Of a stretch of DNA of 64,000 nucleotides, positions 38,654 through 47,570 are shown piece by piece. This stretch comes from Polyangiaceae bacterium (GTDB taxonomy: Bacteria > Myxococcota_A > Polyangia > Polyangiales > Polyangiaceae), in assembly GCA_044376115.1 (NCBI GenBank), contig JBILLK010000020.1, forward strand, positions 96,001-160,000, in the 5' to 3' direction. The notes beneath the pieces are model-generated. The model did no database searches, had not been told where the DNA came from, and saw nothing but the letters and a program-made list of their open reading frames with translations. The position numbers and the translations under genes are program-made. Position 1 is the stretch's first letter. Each line of letters begins with the position of its first letter.

Positions 38654-40915
38654 TCAACCGGCAGGAGTCGTGCTCTTCGCACGAACCGCCCGTGGCTCGG
38701 GCTTCCAAGGTAGCCGCACCACAAAACTTGCTCCACCCATCGGGGAGCTTTCAACCGCCAACGAACCGCCGTGCTTTCTGACGAGGTCCGTTGAGATCGA
38801 AAGCCCCAGGCCTGTGCCTTGTCCTTTGGGCTTCGTTGTGAAGAACGGATCGAAGATCCGGTGCTTTAGCTCCTCTCCAACGCCGGGCCCTGAATCTTCC
38901 ACCCGGATCTCGGCGGCACCGCCATCGCTGCGCGTGATGATCTTGATCTCGCGCACTTCGCGTTCACCGTCGCCAACCGACTCGAGCGATTGGATCGCGT
39001 TCATGAGCAGATTCATCAACACTTGGTTCAACTCACCCGAGCGACAGGTGACGAGTGGTAACGGCTCATACACCTTGGTCACCTGAATGCAGCTCTGACG
39101 CAGCCTCGAGCTCAGCAGCGCGAGCGTCTCGTCGATCGCGGTCTCTAGATTGGAGGGCACCGCCTCCTGCGTACTGCGCGAGAAGTTTTTGAGGTTCTGG
39201 ACGATACGCACCGTGCGGTCGGTTGCGCGTCGCACCACGCTCGAGATCCCGACGAGGTCGTCCAAGGACGCCTCGAGGTCGAGCTCACCGCGCAGAGATT
39301 CAACCTCTTTGCGCCGCTCGGGAGGTAGGAAGCGCTCCATCGTTCGATAGGCGTCCAGCACCCGCCGAACGTCGGCAACGACTTGCTCGAGTGGCTCGGC
39401 CGATCCCGCAACGGCGTTCAACGGGTTGCCGATCTCGTGGGCCAAACCAGCCACCAGCTCGCCAATCGACGCGAGCCGCTCACCTTGCACGAGCGCGGCC
39501 TGGGTCTCGCGCAAATCGACCAGGGCCTTCGAGAGCTCCCTGGTGCGATCAGCGACCTTCACCTCCAGATTCGCTCGCTCGCTCTCGAGCTCGCCGATCG
39601 TACGAGCCAGGTTCTCGCGCATTCGTTCGACGCTCACCGAAAGGCGCGCCAACTCGAGCGGTTCACGTACGGCTGGAACCACGGCCTGCAGTTCGCCCGA
39701 CGCGATCACCTCTGCGGCCTCCGCCACTCGCACGATCGGACTCGAAAGCTCCGTCGCTACGCGCGCGATGACTCCGCCTACGGCGAGCACGAGCATGGCG
39801 AAGGCTGCCACGAGCGCAACGAACGCGGCCCCCTCCTCGCTCGCCCCGAGGCTCAGTCCACCACCAAGCGCTCGATACAGCGAGATGGAGGAAAACAGCA
39901 TCAATAGCGCCGCAAACACGAGCGGCCAGCCGAAGGCTCGCAACATGCGGTCGCGGATCAAGTCCCCGGCCGCCTCGTTAGCCGACTCGCCCACCCGGGA
40001 TTTGGCAGGTTGCTCGTGCAACCACTCGAGCAGGGTCAGTTCAACGTGACTCGCCGTCTCTCGATCCCAGCCTTTTTGGTAGTGCGCGACGCCCCAACAG
40101 AAGAGCGCCGCGTACAAGAGCTGCATCACCGCATCGACTTCGCCGAAGGAAGACCCGGTGCGGAAATAGAAGACGCCGGCGGCCGTGCAAGCAAGCCAGA
40201 TGGCGAGGTTCAGCCGCGAGAGCCGGATGTGAAGCGTGCTCAACTTCGTATGCGCCTCGACCAAGCGGGCTCGCGGAGACTCCGGCCCTTGCGCCAAACA
40301 GGCCGAGATCTCGCGCGTCCAGGCGAGCATCGTCAGCGTGTAGACAATGGTTGCAGCGGCCGCGAGCGCCGGCAGGAATTGCCACCAGCCACGAAACAGA
40401 AGTTCGCTGCCGGCACGCAAAAACGCGACCGAGAACAGCAGCAGCAGGTGTCCACCGAGGATGCCCGCCATGGCGGCGCTCTCCCCGAGACGACCTCGCA
40501 TCCAGGCGGCAACCTCCGCGCCACCCTTGCTCGGCGTTGGAAGCGCTAGCAACTCGCGCCGATACACAGCCCGACGCATCGCTGCCGCCATCAGCCCGAA
40601 CATCATCGTGGGGATCCACAAACGAGGCTCGCCCAAGCTCTCGTGCGGAAGAAACGCGAGCGGCCAAGCGAGCAGACGAAGAGCGCTGCCAACCGCAATC
40701 GCGCGCTCTCCACCTCGCCTTACTCGCGCGGAGAGCCCGATCGAGGCGAGTAAGGTGAGCACGAACACGGCGCCGGGCCACGGCGAGCGCAACGCCTGCG
40801 GCATGATGGCGCTGGCGAACAGCAGCGCGGAGAACGTTTCCCAGGCACCGCACACCAGCTCGGCGCGATGAACGCCCCGAGAAAAATAGCGGCTGGCAAG
40901 CAGTTCATTCACCAT
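38654..40915 (-). CDS. Multi-TM HAMP sensor histidine kinase
   Basis: Many TM segments, HAMP, LAHEIGNPL, QVLMNLLMNA, DSGPG, PFFTTK, GTGLGL. Start uncertain. Confidence 0.9.
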   Translation of the reverse strand: MVNELLASRYFSRGVHRAELVCGAWETFSALLFASAIMPQALRSPWPGAVFVLTLLASIGLSARVRRGGERAIAVGSALRLLAWPLAFLPHESLGEPRLWIPTMMFGLMAAAMRRAVYRRELLALPTPSKGGAEVAAWMRGRLGESAAMAGILGGHLLLLFSVAFLRAGSELLFRGWWQFLPALAAAATIVYTLTMLAWTREISACLAQGPESPRARLVEAHTKLSTLHIRLSRLNLAIWLACTAAGVFYFRTGSSFGEVDAVMQLLYAALFCWGVAHYQKGWDRETASHVELTLLEWLHEQPAKSRVGESANEAAGDLIRDRMLRAFGWPLVFAALLMLFSSISLYRALGGGLSLGASEEGAAFVALVAAFAMLVLAVGGVIARVATELSSPIVRVAEAAEVIASGELQAVVPAVREPLELARLSVSVERMRENLARTIGELESERANLEVKVADRTRELSKALVDLRETQAALVQGERLASIGELVAGLAHEIGNPLNAVAGSAEPLEQVVADVRRVLDAYRTMERFLPPERRKEVESLRGELDLEASLDDLVGISSVVRRATDRTVRIVQNLKNFSRSTQEAVPSNLETAIDETLALLSSRLRQSCIQVTKVYEPLPLVTCRSGELNQVLMNLLMNAIQSLESVGDGEREVREIKIITRSDGGAAEIRVEDSGPGVGEELKHRIFDPFFTTKPKGQGTGLGLSISTDLVRKHGGSLAVESSPMGGASFVVRLPWKPEPRAVRAKSTTPAG

Positions 40916-41045
40916 GGATAGCAACGGCGACCAGCGAACGCGCTGGCTTGCCAAGGAGGTTGGCAGATTCGCTCATGAGGAGGAAGTCGGCCGAATCATT
41001 CTTGCTGCATCCGCCTTCGGCGGAATGGATTAGACCGAAGAGCGC

Positions 41046-42689
41046 ATGCTGAGCGCCCCGTGGCTTCACCTTCGGTTCGCCTCCTCGAGCAGGCAGGCGT
41101 TTGCCACCGCTGCCTGGCTTGTGTTTCTGGGGTGCGGCAGCCAACAACAAGGAGCTGGAGCTGCGCGCGAGTCGACGCAGGCCGAGAAAGCGAGCCCAGC
41201 GCCAGTTGTTCCGGTTACCAGCGCGACGTCCAACGCGAGCGCGATTGCCGCCGAAAGCGAAATTCACGCGCCAGCCCCAACTGGACCGGAGAGCACAACG
41301 CAGGAAGAACAAGAGGTGGGGCCCAAAGTTTTCAGCGTCGGGCAAACGACCTGGATCCGAAAGAAGCCGGAGATCAAAGAAGGCGCCTTCTTGGGCTACG
41401 TCCGCACCGGCTATCAGGTGCCGCTGCGGGCGAGTGAGCGGGTCAAAGGAGAGGGCTGCCCCGGCGGCTACTACCAGGTGAAGCCACGTGGCTACGTCTG
41501 CGCCGACCGCACCGTGACAGAGTCTCCTCGGGAAGGGTTTCTCGCTGCAGCCCTAGCAACGCGCCCGAGCGATGGGCCTTTTCCCTTCAGCTACGGCTTG
41601 TCCAACGGCACCCCGATGTACAACCGCATCCCCGTCGCTCGAGAACAAGAGCGCTACGAACGCTGGCTCGGCAAGCCAGGCAAATTCGACAAGTTGCCCA
41701 AGACACTGCGCAGCCATGAAGAGCTCGCGGAAGATCGCGTGATGGATGCGCCCGACCCGGTGCCGGCGTTCTTGCTCGAGGGTGGCTCGCCGAAAGAGGC
41801 GCCTTATGACCTGGTCGAGCAGACCATCCCCTTGGGCGCAATGCTCTCCTACACCAAGGTGTTCGAGAGTCAGGGCCGCCCGTTCGTCCTTTCCACTGAT
41901 CACACGATCGTGCCGGCAGACCGCGTACGCCCCTTCCGACCGAGCAGCTTCAAAGGCACGGACCTCGCCCCAGGCGCCGTGGAGCTGCCCATCGCGTGGA
42001 TGCGCGTGTCAGCAAAGAAGAAGTTCTTCCAACGCAATGACACATTCGAGGAAGCCGGTGAAGAGTGGGCCGTGCGGACGTTCGTTGGTTTGACGGGCCG
42101 CGAGATCAACGTTGGCAAGACGAGTTACCTGGAGACGCGCGAGGAGAAGGCTGGAGCGCCGCTATTCATCCGCAAGGAGGATGCAACGGTGGTGGCTGCC
42201 GAGACGAAACGCGCAAACGGAGTCAAAGAGGGCCAGAAGTGGTTCATGATTCGGCTCAGCGCCGGCACCCTCGTGGCCTACGAGGACCTCGTGCCCACCT
42301 ACGCAACCCTCGTTTCGCCGGGAAAGGGCGGTGTCCCGAGCAAGGGGAACGACAACGTCGAACACTCCACGACCCCGCTCGGTGCCTACAGCGTCACGTT
42401 CAAGGATCGCTTCGCGACGATGTCCCCGGAGACGGGTAAAAATCGCTCCTTCTGGATCCAAGACGTGCCGCACACCATGTACTTCGACCCGCCGTTTGCC
42501 ATGCACGCAGCCTTCTGGCACGAGCGCTTTGGCGAGTTCGTGAGCGCAGGCTGCATCAACCTATCGCCGCTCGATGCCGAACGGCTGTTTGACTGGGCCG
42601 ACCCAGCGTTGCCGAAGGACTGGCAGGGCGTAACGGGAGCAGGAGCAAGCGAGAACGGCGCTACGACCATCGTGGTCGTGCGCCGCTAA
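41046..42689 (+). CDS. L,D-transpeptidase (YkuD family) lipoprotein
   Basis: Lipobox FLGC; VSPGK, TPLG, MHAAFWH..SAGCINL. Confidence 0.85.
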   Translation: MLSAPWLHLRFASSSRQAFATAAWLVFLGCGSQQQGAGAARESTQAEKASPAPVVPVTSATSNASAIAAESEIHAPAPTGPESTTQEEQEVGPKVFSVGQTTWIRKKPEIKEGAFLGYVRTGYQVPLRASERVKGEGCPGGYYQVKPRGYVCADRTVTESPREGFLAAALATRPSDGPFPFSYGLSNGTPMYNRIPVAREQERYERWLGKPGKFDKLPKTLRSHEELAEDRVMDAPDPVPAFLLEGGSPKEAPYDLVEQTIPLGAMLSYTKVFESQGRPFVLSTDHTIVPADRVRPFRPSSFKGTDLAPGAVELPIAWMRVSAKKKFFQRNDTFEEAGEEWAVRTFVGLTGREINVGKTSYLETREEKAGAPLFIRKEDATVVAAETKRANGVKEGQKWFMIRLSAGTLVAYEDLVPTYATLVSPGKGGVPSKGNDNVEHSTTPLGAYSVTFKDRFATMSPETGKNRSFWIQDVPHTMYFDPPFAMHAAFWHERFGEFVSAGCINLSPLDAERLFDWADPALPKDWQGVTGAGASENGATTIVVVRR

Positions 42690-42706
42690 CGGGCTCGCCT
42701 GCGCCG

Positions 42707-44389
42707 CTACATTCGCGCTTCGACCAGCGCGAGGATCTCGCGCTCTCGCTCGCTCGCACGCGTCGCGAGCGAACGAGCCTCGGCCACCAAGCCTGCAGCA
42801 AGCTCCTTGTCGTCGAGCCCAGCGCAGTTGATGCGCACGTTGAGTTCAGCGCCTAGGACGGCCGTTCGAGCGCACAACGCACCAACACCTGCGTCGGAAA
42901 CCGATGCCGGATTCCCGAGCTCGGCCATCTTTGCAATGCCCTCCATCGAGGCCAGCGCGACCTTCATGACCTCGAGCGGCACCTCTGCGGCGCGCACGGT
43001 CGCCCGCTGCATCGCTTGCCGCCGTGCGGCCTTCTCCGCGTCGGTCGACTTGGGCAACGACATCGCGTCCATCACCTGGTTGAAAGCCGCCGTGTCCTCA
43101 TCCACCAGCGCGAGCAGCCGATCGTAGGCCAGCTTCCCCTGCTCGGCGTAGTCGCTGAACTCCTCCCAACGCGCGTCCCAACCACGCTTGTGGGAAGAGA
43201 GATTCGCCACCATGGTGCTCAAGGCAGCGCCAAACGCTCCCACCGTGGCGGCGATCGAACCGCCGCCCGGGGCTGGTGATTCGCTCGCGGTTTCCTCGGT
43301 GAATGCGCGCACGCTCTTTTGCACGAGCAACGCCGCTGACTCGCCGAGCTTCTTGGCGATCGCAAACTCGATGATCTTCTCTTCCGGCTTGAACGGGTAA
43401 AGATCCCCCAGACCGAGCGACTTCACCGCGATCTTGATCAGCTCGTCATCCGAAACGCCAAGCGACCGCTGCTGCTTCTTCAAGAAGTACCGGCCGGCAT
43501 CCAACAGCGCGCGCAAAGGCAGGAGCCCCACCAGCTCGCTGCCGGTCACGCGAACGCCGCGCGCTTCGGCCTTCTTGCAAACTTCATCGAACACGACATG
43601 GAGCGGCGTGACCGAGATGTCCGTGAGGTTGAGCGATACCTGCGCGACGCCGTACTCTTCGATGAACCAGCCGATGCCCTTGACCGCCTTCAGCGAGCCG
43701 GGCACCCAAATCGGTTGCCCCTGCTCGTCGCGGACGGGCTTCATCGTGTTCGGATCGAGCTTTTCACGCCCCTTCTCGCGAACGTCGAAGGCGATCGCGT
43801 TGGCGCGTCGGCTGGAGGTCGTGTTGAGGTTGACGTTGTAGGCAACGAGGAAGTCTCTAGCGCCAACCGCCGTCGCTCCGGTCTTGGATTGGAACGTCTT
43901 CGGTCCAAAATCCGGCGCATCGCCCTTGGCCAGGCGGGCCTCCAACGCCTCGTATTCTCCGGCGCGAACTTCAGCGAGATTCCTGCGCGAGGCCGAGAGC
44001 GCCGCTTGCTCGTAGCAATAGATCGAAAGGTTGAGTTCCTCGCCCATTCGCTTGCCGAGCTCGCGAGCCAACTCAACCACGCGTTCCATCGAAATGCCGC
44101 GCACTGGAACCAGCGGGCACACGTCGAGCGCGCCGAAGCGCGGGTGCTCACCCTTGTGCAAGCGCAAATCGATGAGTTCCGCGCTCTTCTTGGCTCCTTG
44201 GAAGGCGGCCTCACATACGGCGGCCGGAGGTCCAACCAAGGTCACCACCGTGCGGTTCGTCGCCTTTCCAGGGTCAACGTCCAGGAGGACCACGTCTTTG
44301 ACCTTGGTCATCGCCTCGACGATGGCCTGAATAACCGACGGATTCCGACCTTCACTGAAGTTCGGCACGCATTCGAGCAGTTCACCCAT
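42707..44389 (-). CDS. ftcd: Bifunctional glutamate formimidoyltransferase / formimidoyl-THF cyclodeaminase
   Basis: ECVPNFSEGR, HKGEHPRFGALDVCP, GAR..LVAYNVN, SELVGL, then cyclodeaminase motifs PAPGGGS and SDAGVGA. Confidence 0.92.
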   Translation of the reverse strand: MGELLECVPNFSEGRNPSVIQAIVEAMTKVKDVVLLDVDPGKATNRTVVTLVGPPAAVCEAAFQGAKKSAELIDLRLHKGEHPRFGALDVCPLVPVRGISMERVVELARELGKRMGEELNLSIYCYEQAALSASRRNLAEVRAGEYEALEARLAKGDAPDFGPKTFQSKTGATAVGARDFLVAYNVNLNTTSSRRANAIAFDVREKGREKLDPNTMKPVRDEQGQPIWVPGSLKAVKGIGWFIEEYGVAQVSLNLTDISVTPLHVVFDEVCKKAEARGVRVTGSELVGLLPLRALLDAGRYFLKKQQRSLGVSDDELIKIAVKSLGLGDLYPFKPEEKIIEFAIAKKLGESAALLVQKSVRAFTEETASESPAPGGGSIAATVGAFGAALSTMVANLSSHKRGWDARWEEFSDYAEQGKLAYDRLLALVDEDTAAFNQVMDAMSLPKSTDAEKAARRQAMQRATVRAAEVPLEVMKVALASMEGIAKMAELGNPASVSDAGVGALCARTAVLGAELNVRINCAGLDDKELAAGLVAEARSLATRASEREREILALVEARM

Positions 44390-44408
44390 GCGGCCGGTTT
44401 TACCACGG

Positions 44409-46442
44409 TCAGCGGCGTCGACGGGTGTTCTGCAAGCGAGTGCGCAGCGCGATCAAATCATCCGCCAGTTCGCGGCAGGATTGGATCCGTCGACCGGGTT
44501 CCTTCTCCAAGAGCTGAAGGATCATGAATTCGAGCTCGTCGGGAATGCTCGGGTTGAGACTGCTAGGCGGAGTTGGCGTGTCCCGCAGCTGCTTCATCAG
44601 CACCGCCATCGCCGACTCATGCTGAAACGGCAGCTCCCCAGTGAACATTCGGTAGGCGATGATCCCGACCGAGTAGAGATCCGAAAGATGGCTCGCTGAA
44701 TGAAAGTCATTCACTTGCTCCGGGGCCATGTAAGCAGGCGTTCCAGCGCTGTAGCCCGCTTGCGTGAGGTTGGCGCCGGCCCCTTGCTTCGCGATGCCGA
44801 AGTCCATCACTTTGACCTGGCCGGCGCTGGTAACGAATAAATTTTCCGGCTTGAGATCGCGGTGAACCACGCCTCGCTCGTGAGCAAACTGCAAGCCCTC
44901 GAGCGCCTGCACCAAGTAGCCCAAGTCGCGCATCAGGTCCGAACCTTGATTCAAGACCTCGCTCAGGTCGGCGCCGGCAAGGAGCTCCATCGTGATGAAG
45001 CTGGCGTGCCCGTGCGAGCCCATGTCGTAGAGACGAACGATGTTCGGATGGTTGAGCTTGCGTGCTACGGCGAGCTCCTGCTTGAACCTTCCGAGTTGGG
45101 TGGCATCTTGGCCGGTGGGAGCAAAGACCTTGATGGCGATATCTTCATCGAGCTCGAGGTCGCGAGCTTGGTAGACGCCAGCCATGCCGCCGCGTCCGAC
45201 GCGCATCTCGACCCGGTATCGGCCGGCGATCACAAAACCCGCTGGCACATCGAAGACGTTGAAGATGCCTTTGGGCTCGCGGGTTTGAGGCTTTGCCGGC
45301 TGTCTCGACTCTTCAGCCGTGTCTGCCTCGCGTTCCGACTTTGCCTGGACCAGAGGTGCCTCGGCGGCCGGCGCTGAGCGCACCGACGGGGGAGACTGGG
45401 TTGGCGGAGCGTCCTGACGCGAAGGCCGATTGGGACGCGCCGGGATCGGCGGCAGCTCGGGCAAGGAGGGAAAGCTCTCAGAGCCGGCCGTGGTCTGCTG
45501 CGGTTCGCGCCCAACCCGCCGAAAACCTGCGTCCTCTCGAACCACCCGCTCCATCTCGCGAACGTCCCCGCGAATGAGCCGATCCAAGCGCGCGAGCCTC
45601 GACTTCACCTCAGGGTGGTTGGGGAACATGGTGGCAACGCGCGCTACGGCCTCGCGAGCGTTCTCAACGAACCCCGTTCGTTCGAACAGCGCCGAAACGC
45701 GTAGCAGCGGTTCAACATCGGCGTTGGAGGCGATGGGGTCACGAAGGAACCGACCCAGAAATTGGTCCAGATCGAAATCGACGATCTCCTCATGGTCCGC
45801 CAAGTCGATCGCGCGGTGGCACGCGGCGCGGTAACTCGGGTGATCTGGCGAGTAGCGAAAGAGCGCTCGCATCGCCTCCTCCGCTTGGCCGGCCGAGCGG
45901 AGACAGCGGGAGGCGGCAAGGTGGTCCCCAAGACCGGTGAAGAGGCGTGCCGCCTCGACGTGGCGGCCTGCAGCTTCCGCCTTTGCAGCGAGCTCGCGGC
46001 TACTATTGTTCACCGCATCCGCCAGAGGCGGACGCGAGCTGCGCGGGAGGTCGGGCGGAGCGGGTAGGCTGCTGCGCCGCCCGATTGACGCCGGTGGTGG
46101 GGATGAGCGGTCCGGCACGCTAACTCGCGCACGGCGAACCAGGTCTTCCCGCGCACCATCGTGGCCGAGCCGTGCGTGGATCTCTGCGGCTTCTTCGAGG
46201 CGATTGGCCGACTCGAGCAGCTTCGCGGCGAGGGGCAACGCCGACTCGGGTAGGCGACTGACTTCGACCCGCCCACGACCGCAAAGCACCATCAGCGCGT
46301 CATCAACTCGCCCCGCGTCTGCCAGCGTCGTGGCCGCGTCCTCAATCAACCCGCCTTCGAAGAGCAAGCGCGCGGCCGCTTCAATCCGACCTTCGCGAAC
46401 GAGGGCCTTGGCCCTCTGTCGGAACGTCTCCGGGGTGGACAC
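44409..46442 (-). CDS. Ser/Thr protein kinase with N-terminal TPR-like helical repeats
   Basis: Repeated EAARLF/EAAEIH helices; VGRGGMAGVY, IAIK, HRDLKPEN, DFGIAK, GTPAYMAPEQ, DLYSVG. Confidence 0.92.
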   Translation of the reverse strand: MSTPETFRQRAKALVREGRIEAAARLLFEGGLIEDAATTLADAGRVDDALMVLCGRGRVEVSRLPESALPLAAKLLESANRLEEAAEIHARLGHDGAREDLVRRARVSVPDRSSPPPASIGRRSSLPAPPDLPRSSRPPLADAVNNSSRELAAKAEAAGRHVEAARLFTGLGDHLAASRCLRSAGQAEEAMRALFRYSPDHPSYRAACHRAIDLADHEEIVDFDLDQFLGRFLRDPIASNADVEPLLRVSALFERTGFVENAREAVARVATMFPNHPEVKSRLARLDRLIRGDVREMERVVREDAGFRRVGREPQQTTAGSESFPSLPELPPIPARPNRPSRQDAPPTQSPPSVRSAPAAEAPLVQAKSEREADTAEESRQPAKPQTREPKGIFNVFDVPAGFVIAGRYRVEMRVGRGGMAGVYQARDLELDEDIAIKVFAPTGQDATQLGRFKQELAVARKLNHPNIVRLYDMGSHGHASFITMELLAGADLSEVLNQGSDLMRDLGYLVQALEGLQFAHERGVVHRDLKPENLFVTSAGQVKVMDFGIAKQGAGANLTQAGYSAGTPAYMAPEQVNDFHSASHLSDLYSVGIIAYRMFTGELPFQHESAMAVLMKQLRDTPTPPSSLNPSIPDELEFMILQLLEKEPGRRIQSCRELADDLIALRTRLQNTRRRR

Positions 46443-46490
46443 CCCTGCCCTTTACCACCTCTCGGCCGCGGGGTGGCCGAAATCCGGGGA

Positions 46491-47570
46491 TTACCCGTCC
46501 TCGACAGCCTGCGCTGCACGCCGGCAAAGCGCCGGATCCGGCGCCACTTTGAGAGCCTCGTCGAGGTCGATCAGCCCCTGCTGAAGAAAGCGGCCCAACA
46601 CTGTATCGAGTGACTGGTTGCCCGAACCATCCCCTTCGGTCGACTTGATCAGCTGGTCGACGAGGTGCAGCTTGCCCTCTCGGATCAGATGCGAAAGCGC
46701 AAAGGACGGCAGCAGCACCTCGACCGCCGCCACGCGACCTTCGCCGTCGGTGCGACGTAGGAGCTGCTGCGCGACGATACCCCGCAACAACATCGAGAGC
46801 GCCGAGCGCAATTGGGACTGCGCGTCTTCAGCCACGATATCGAGCAGCCGATCGATGCACTTGGCAGCCGAGTTGGTGTGCAGCGTGCCAAACACAAGCA
46901 CGCCGGTCTCCGCAGCAGAGAGCGCCAACATCACCGTTTCCACGTCGCGCAGCTCACCCACCACGAGCACATCGGGAGATTCACGCAGAGCGGCTCGCAG
47001 CGCTGCGGCGAAGCTCTCGGTGTGACTACCCACCTCGCGCTGCGTGATCAGACTCTTCTGTGTGCGGTGCACGTACTCGATCGGATCCTCGATGGTGAGG
47101 ATGTGACAGCTGCGCGTACGGTTGATCTCGTTGATGATGGCAGCGAGGGTGGTGGTCTTCCCGCTGCCGGTGGGCCCGCTGATCAAGACGAGACCGTCTT
47201 TCAAGGTGGCTAGACGTTGCACCGCCCGCGGCAGCGCCAAGTCTGCGACCGTTGGCACACGGTTGGGTACCACTCGAAACACGGCGCCCATTCCCGCAGA
47301 TTGAACGAAGGCGTTCACGCGGAACCTTCCGACGTCTGGTATCGAATGGGCAAAGTCGAGCTCTTGCGTCGCCTCGAACTGCTCTCGCTGGGAGGGCGAC
47401 ATGATCTCGTAGAGAAACTTCTTGGTCTCCTCGGCCGAGAGCAAACGAAACGGCAGCTGAACGAGCTCGCCATCCATGCGGATCTTCGGCACCGAGCCGG
47501 AGTGAAAATGCAGGTCACTCGCCTTTTGGTCGGCAACGAGCCGCAGAAAGGAGTAGATGCGCGGCGCCAT
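46491..47570 (-). CDS. PilT/PilU-family ATPase
   Basis: ASDLHF, GRFRVN, GPTGSGKTT, TIEDPIE, QREVG, LRESPDVLVVGE, GTLHTNSA, ALSHLIRE. Confidence 0.92.
   Translation of the reverse strand: MAPRIYSFLRLVADQKASDLHFHSGSVPKIRMDGELVQLPFRLLSAEETKKFLYEIMSPSQREQFEATQELDFAHSIPDVGRFRVNAFVQSAGMGAVFRVVPNRVPTVADLALPRAVQRLATLKDGLVLISGPTGSGKTTTLAAIINEINRTRSCHILTIEDPIEYVHRTQKSLITQREVGSHTESFAAALRAALRESPDVLVVGELRDVETVMLALSAAETGVLVFGTLHTNSAAKCIDRLLDIVAEDAQSQLRSALSMLLRGIVAQQLLRRTDGEGRVAAVEVLLPSFALSHLIREGKLHLVDQLIKSTEGDGSGNQSLDTVLGRFLQQGLIDLDEALKVAPDPALCRRAAQAVEDG

Noticed and set aside
42480..42570. SAGC instead of SHGC in the L,D-transpeptidase as a sign of inactivation
   Set aside because: The catalytic His (MHAAFWH) and Cys are retained, so this is a minor variant.
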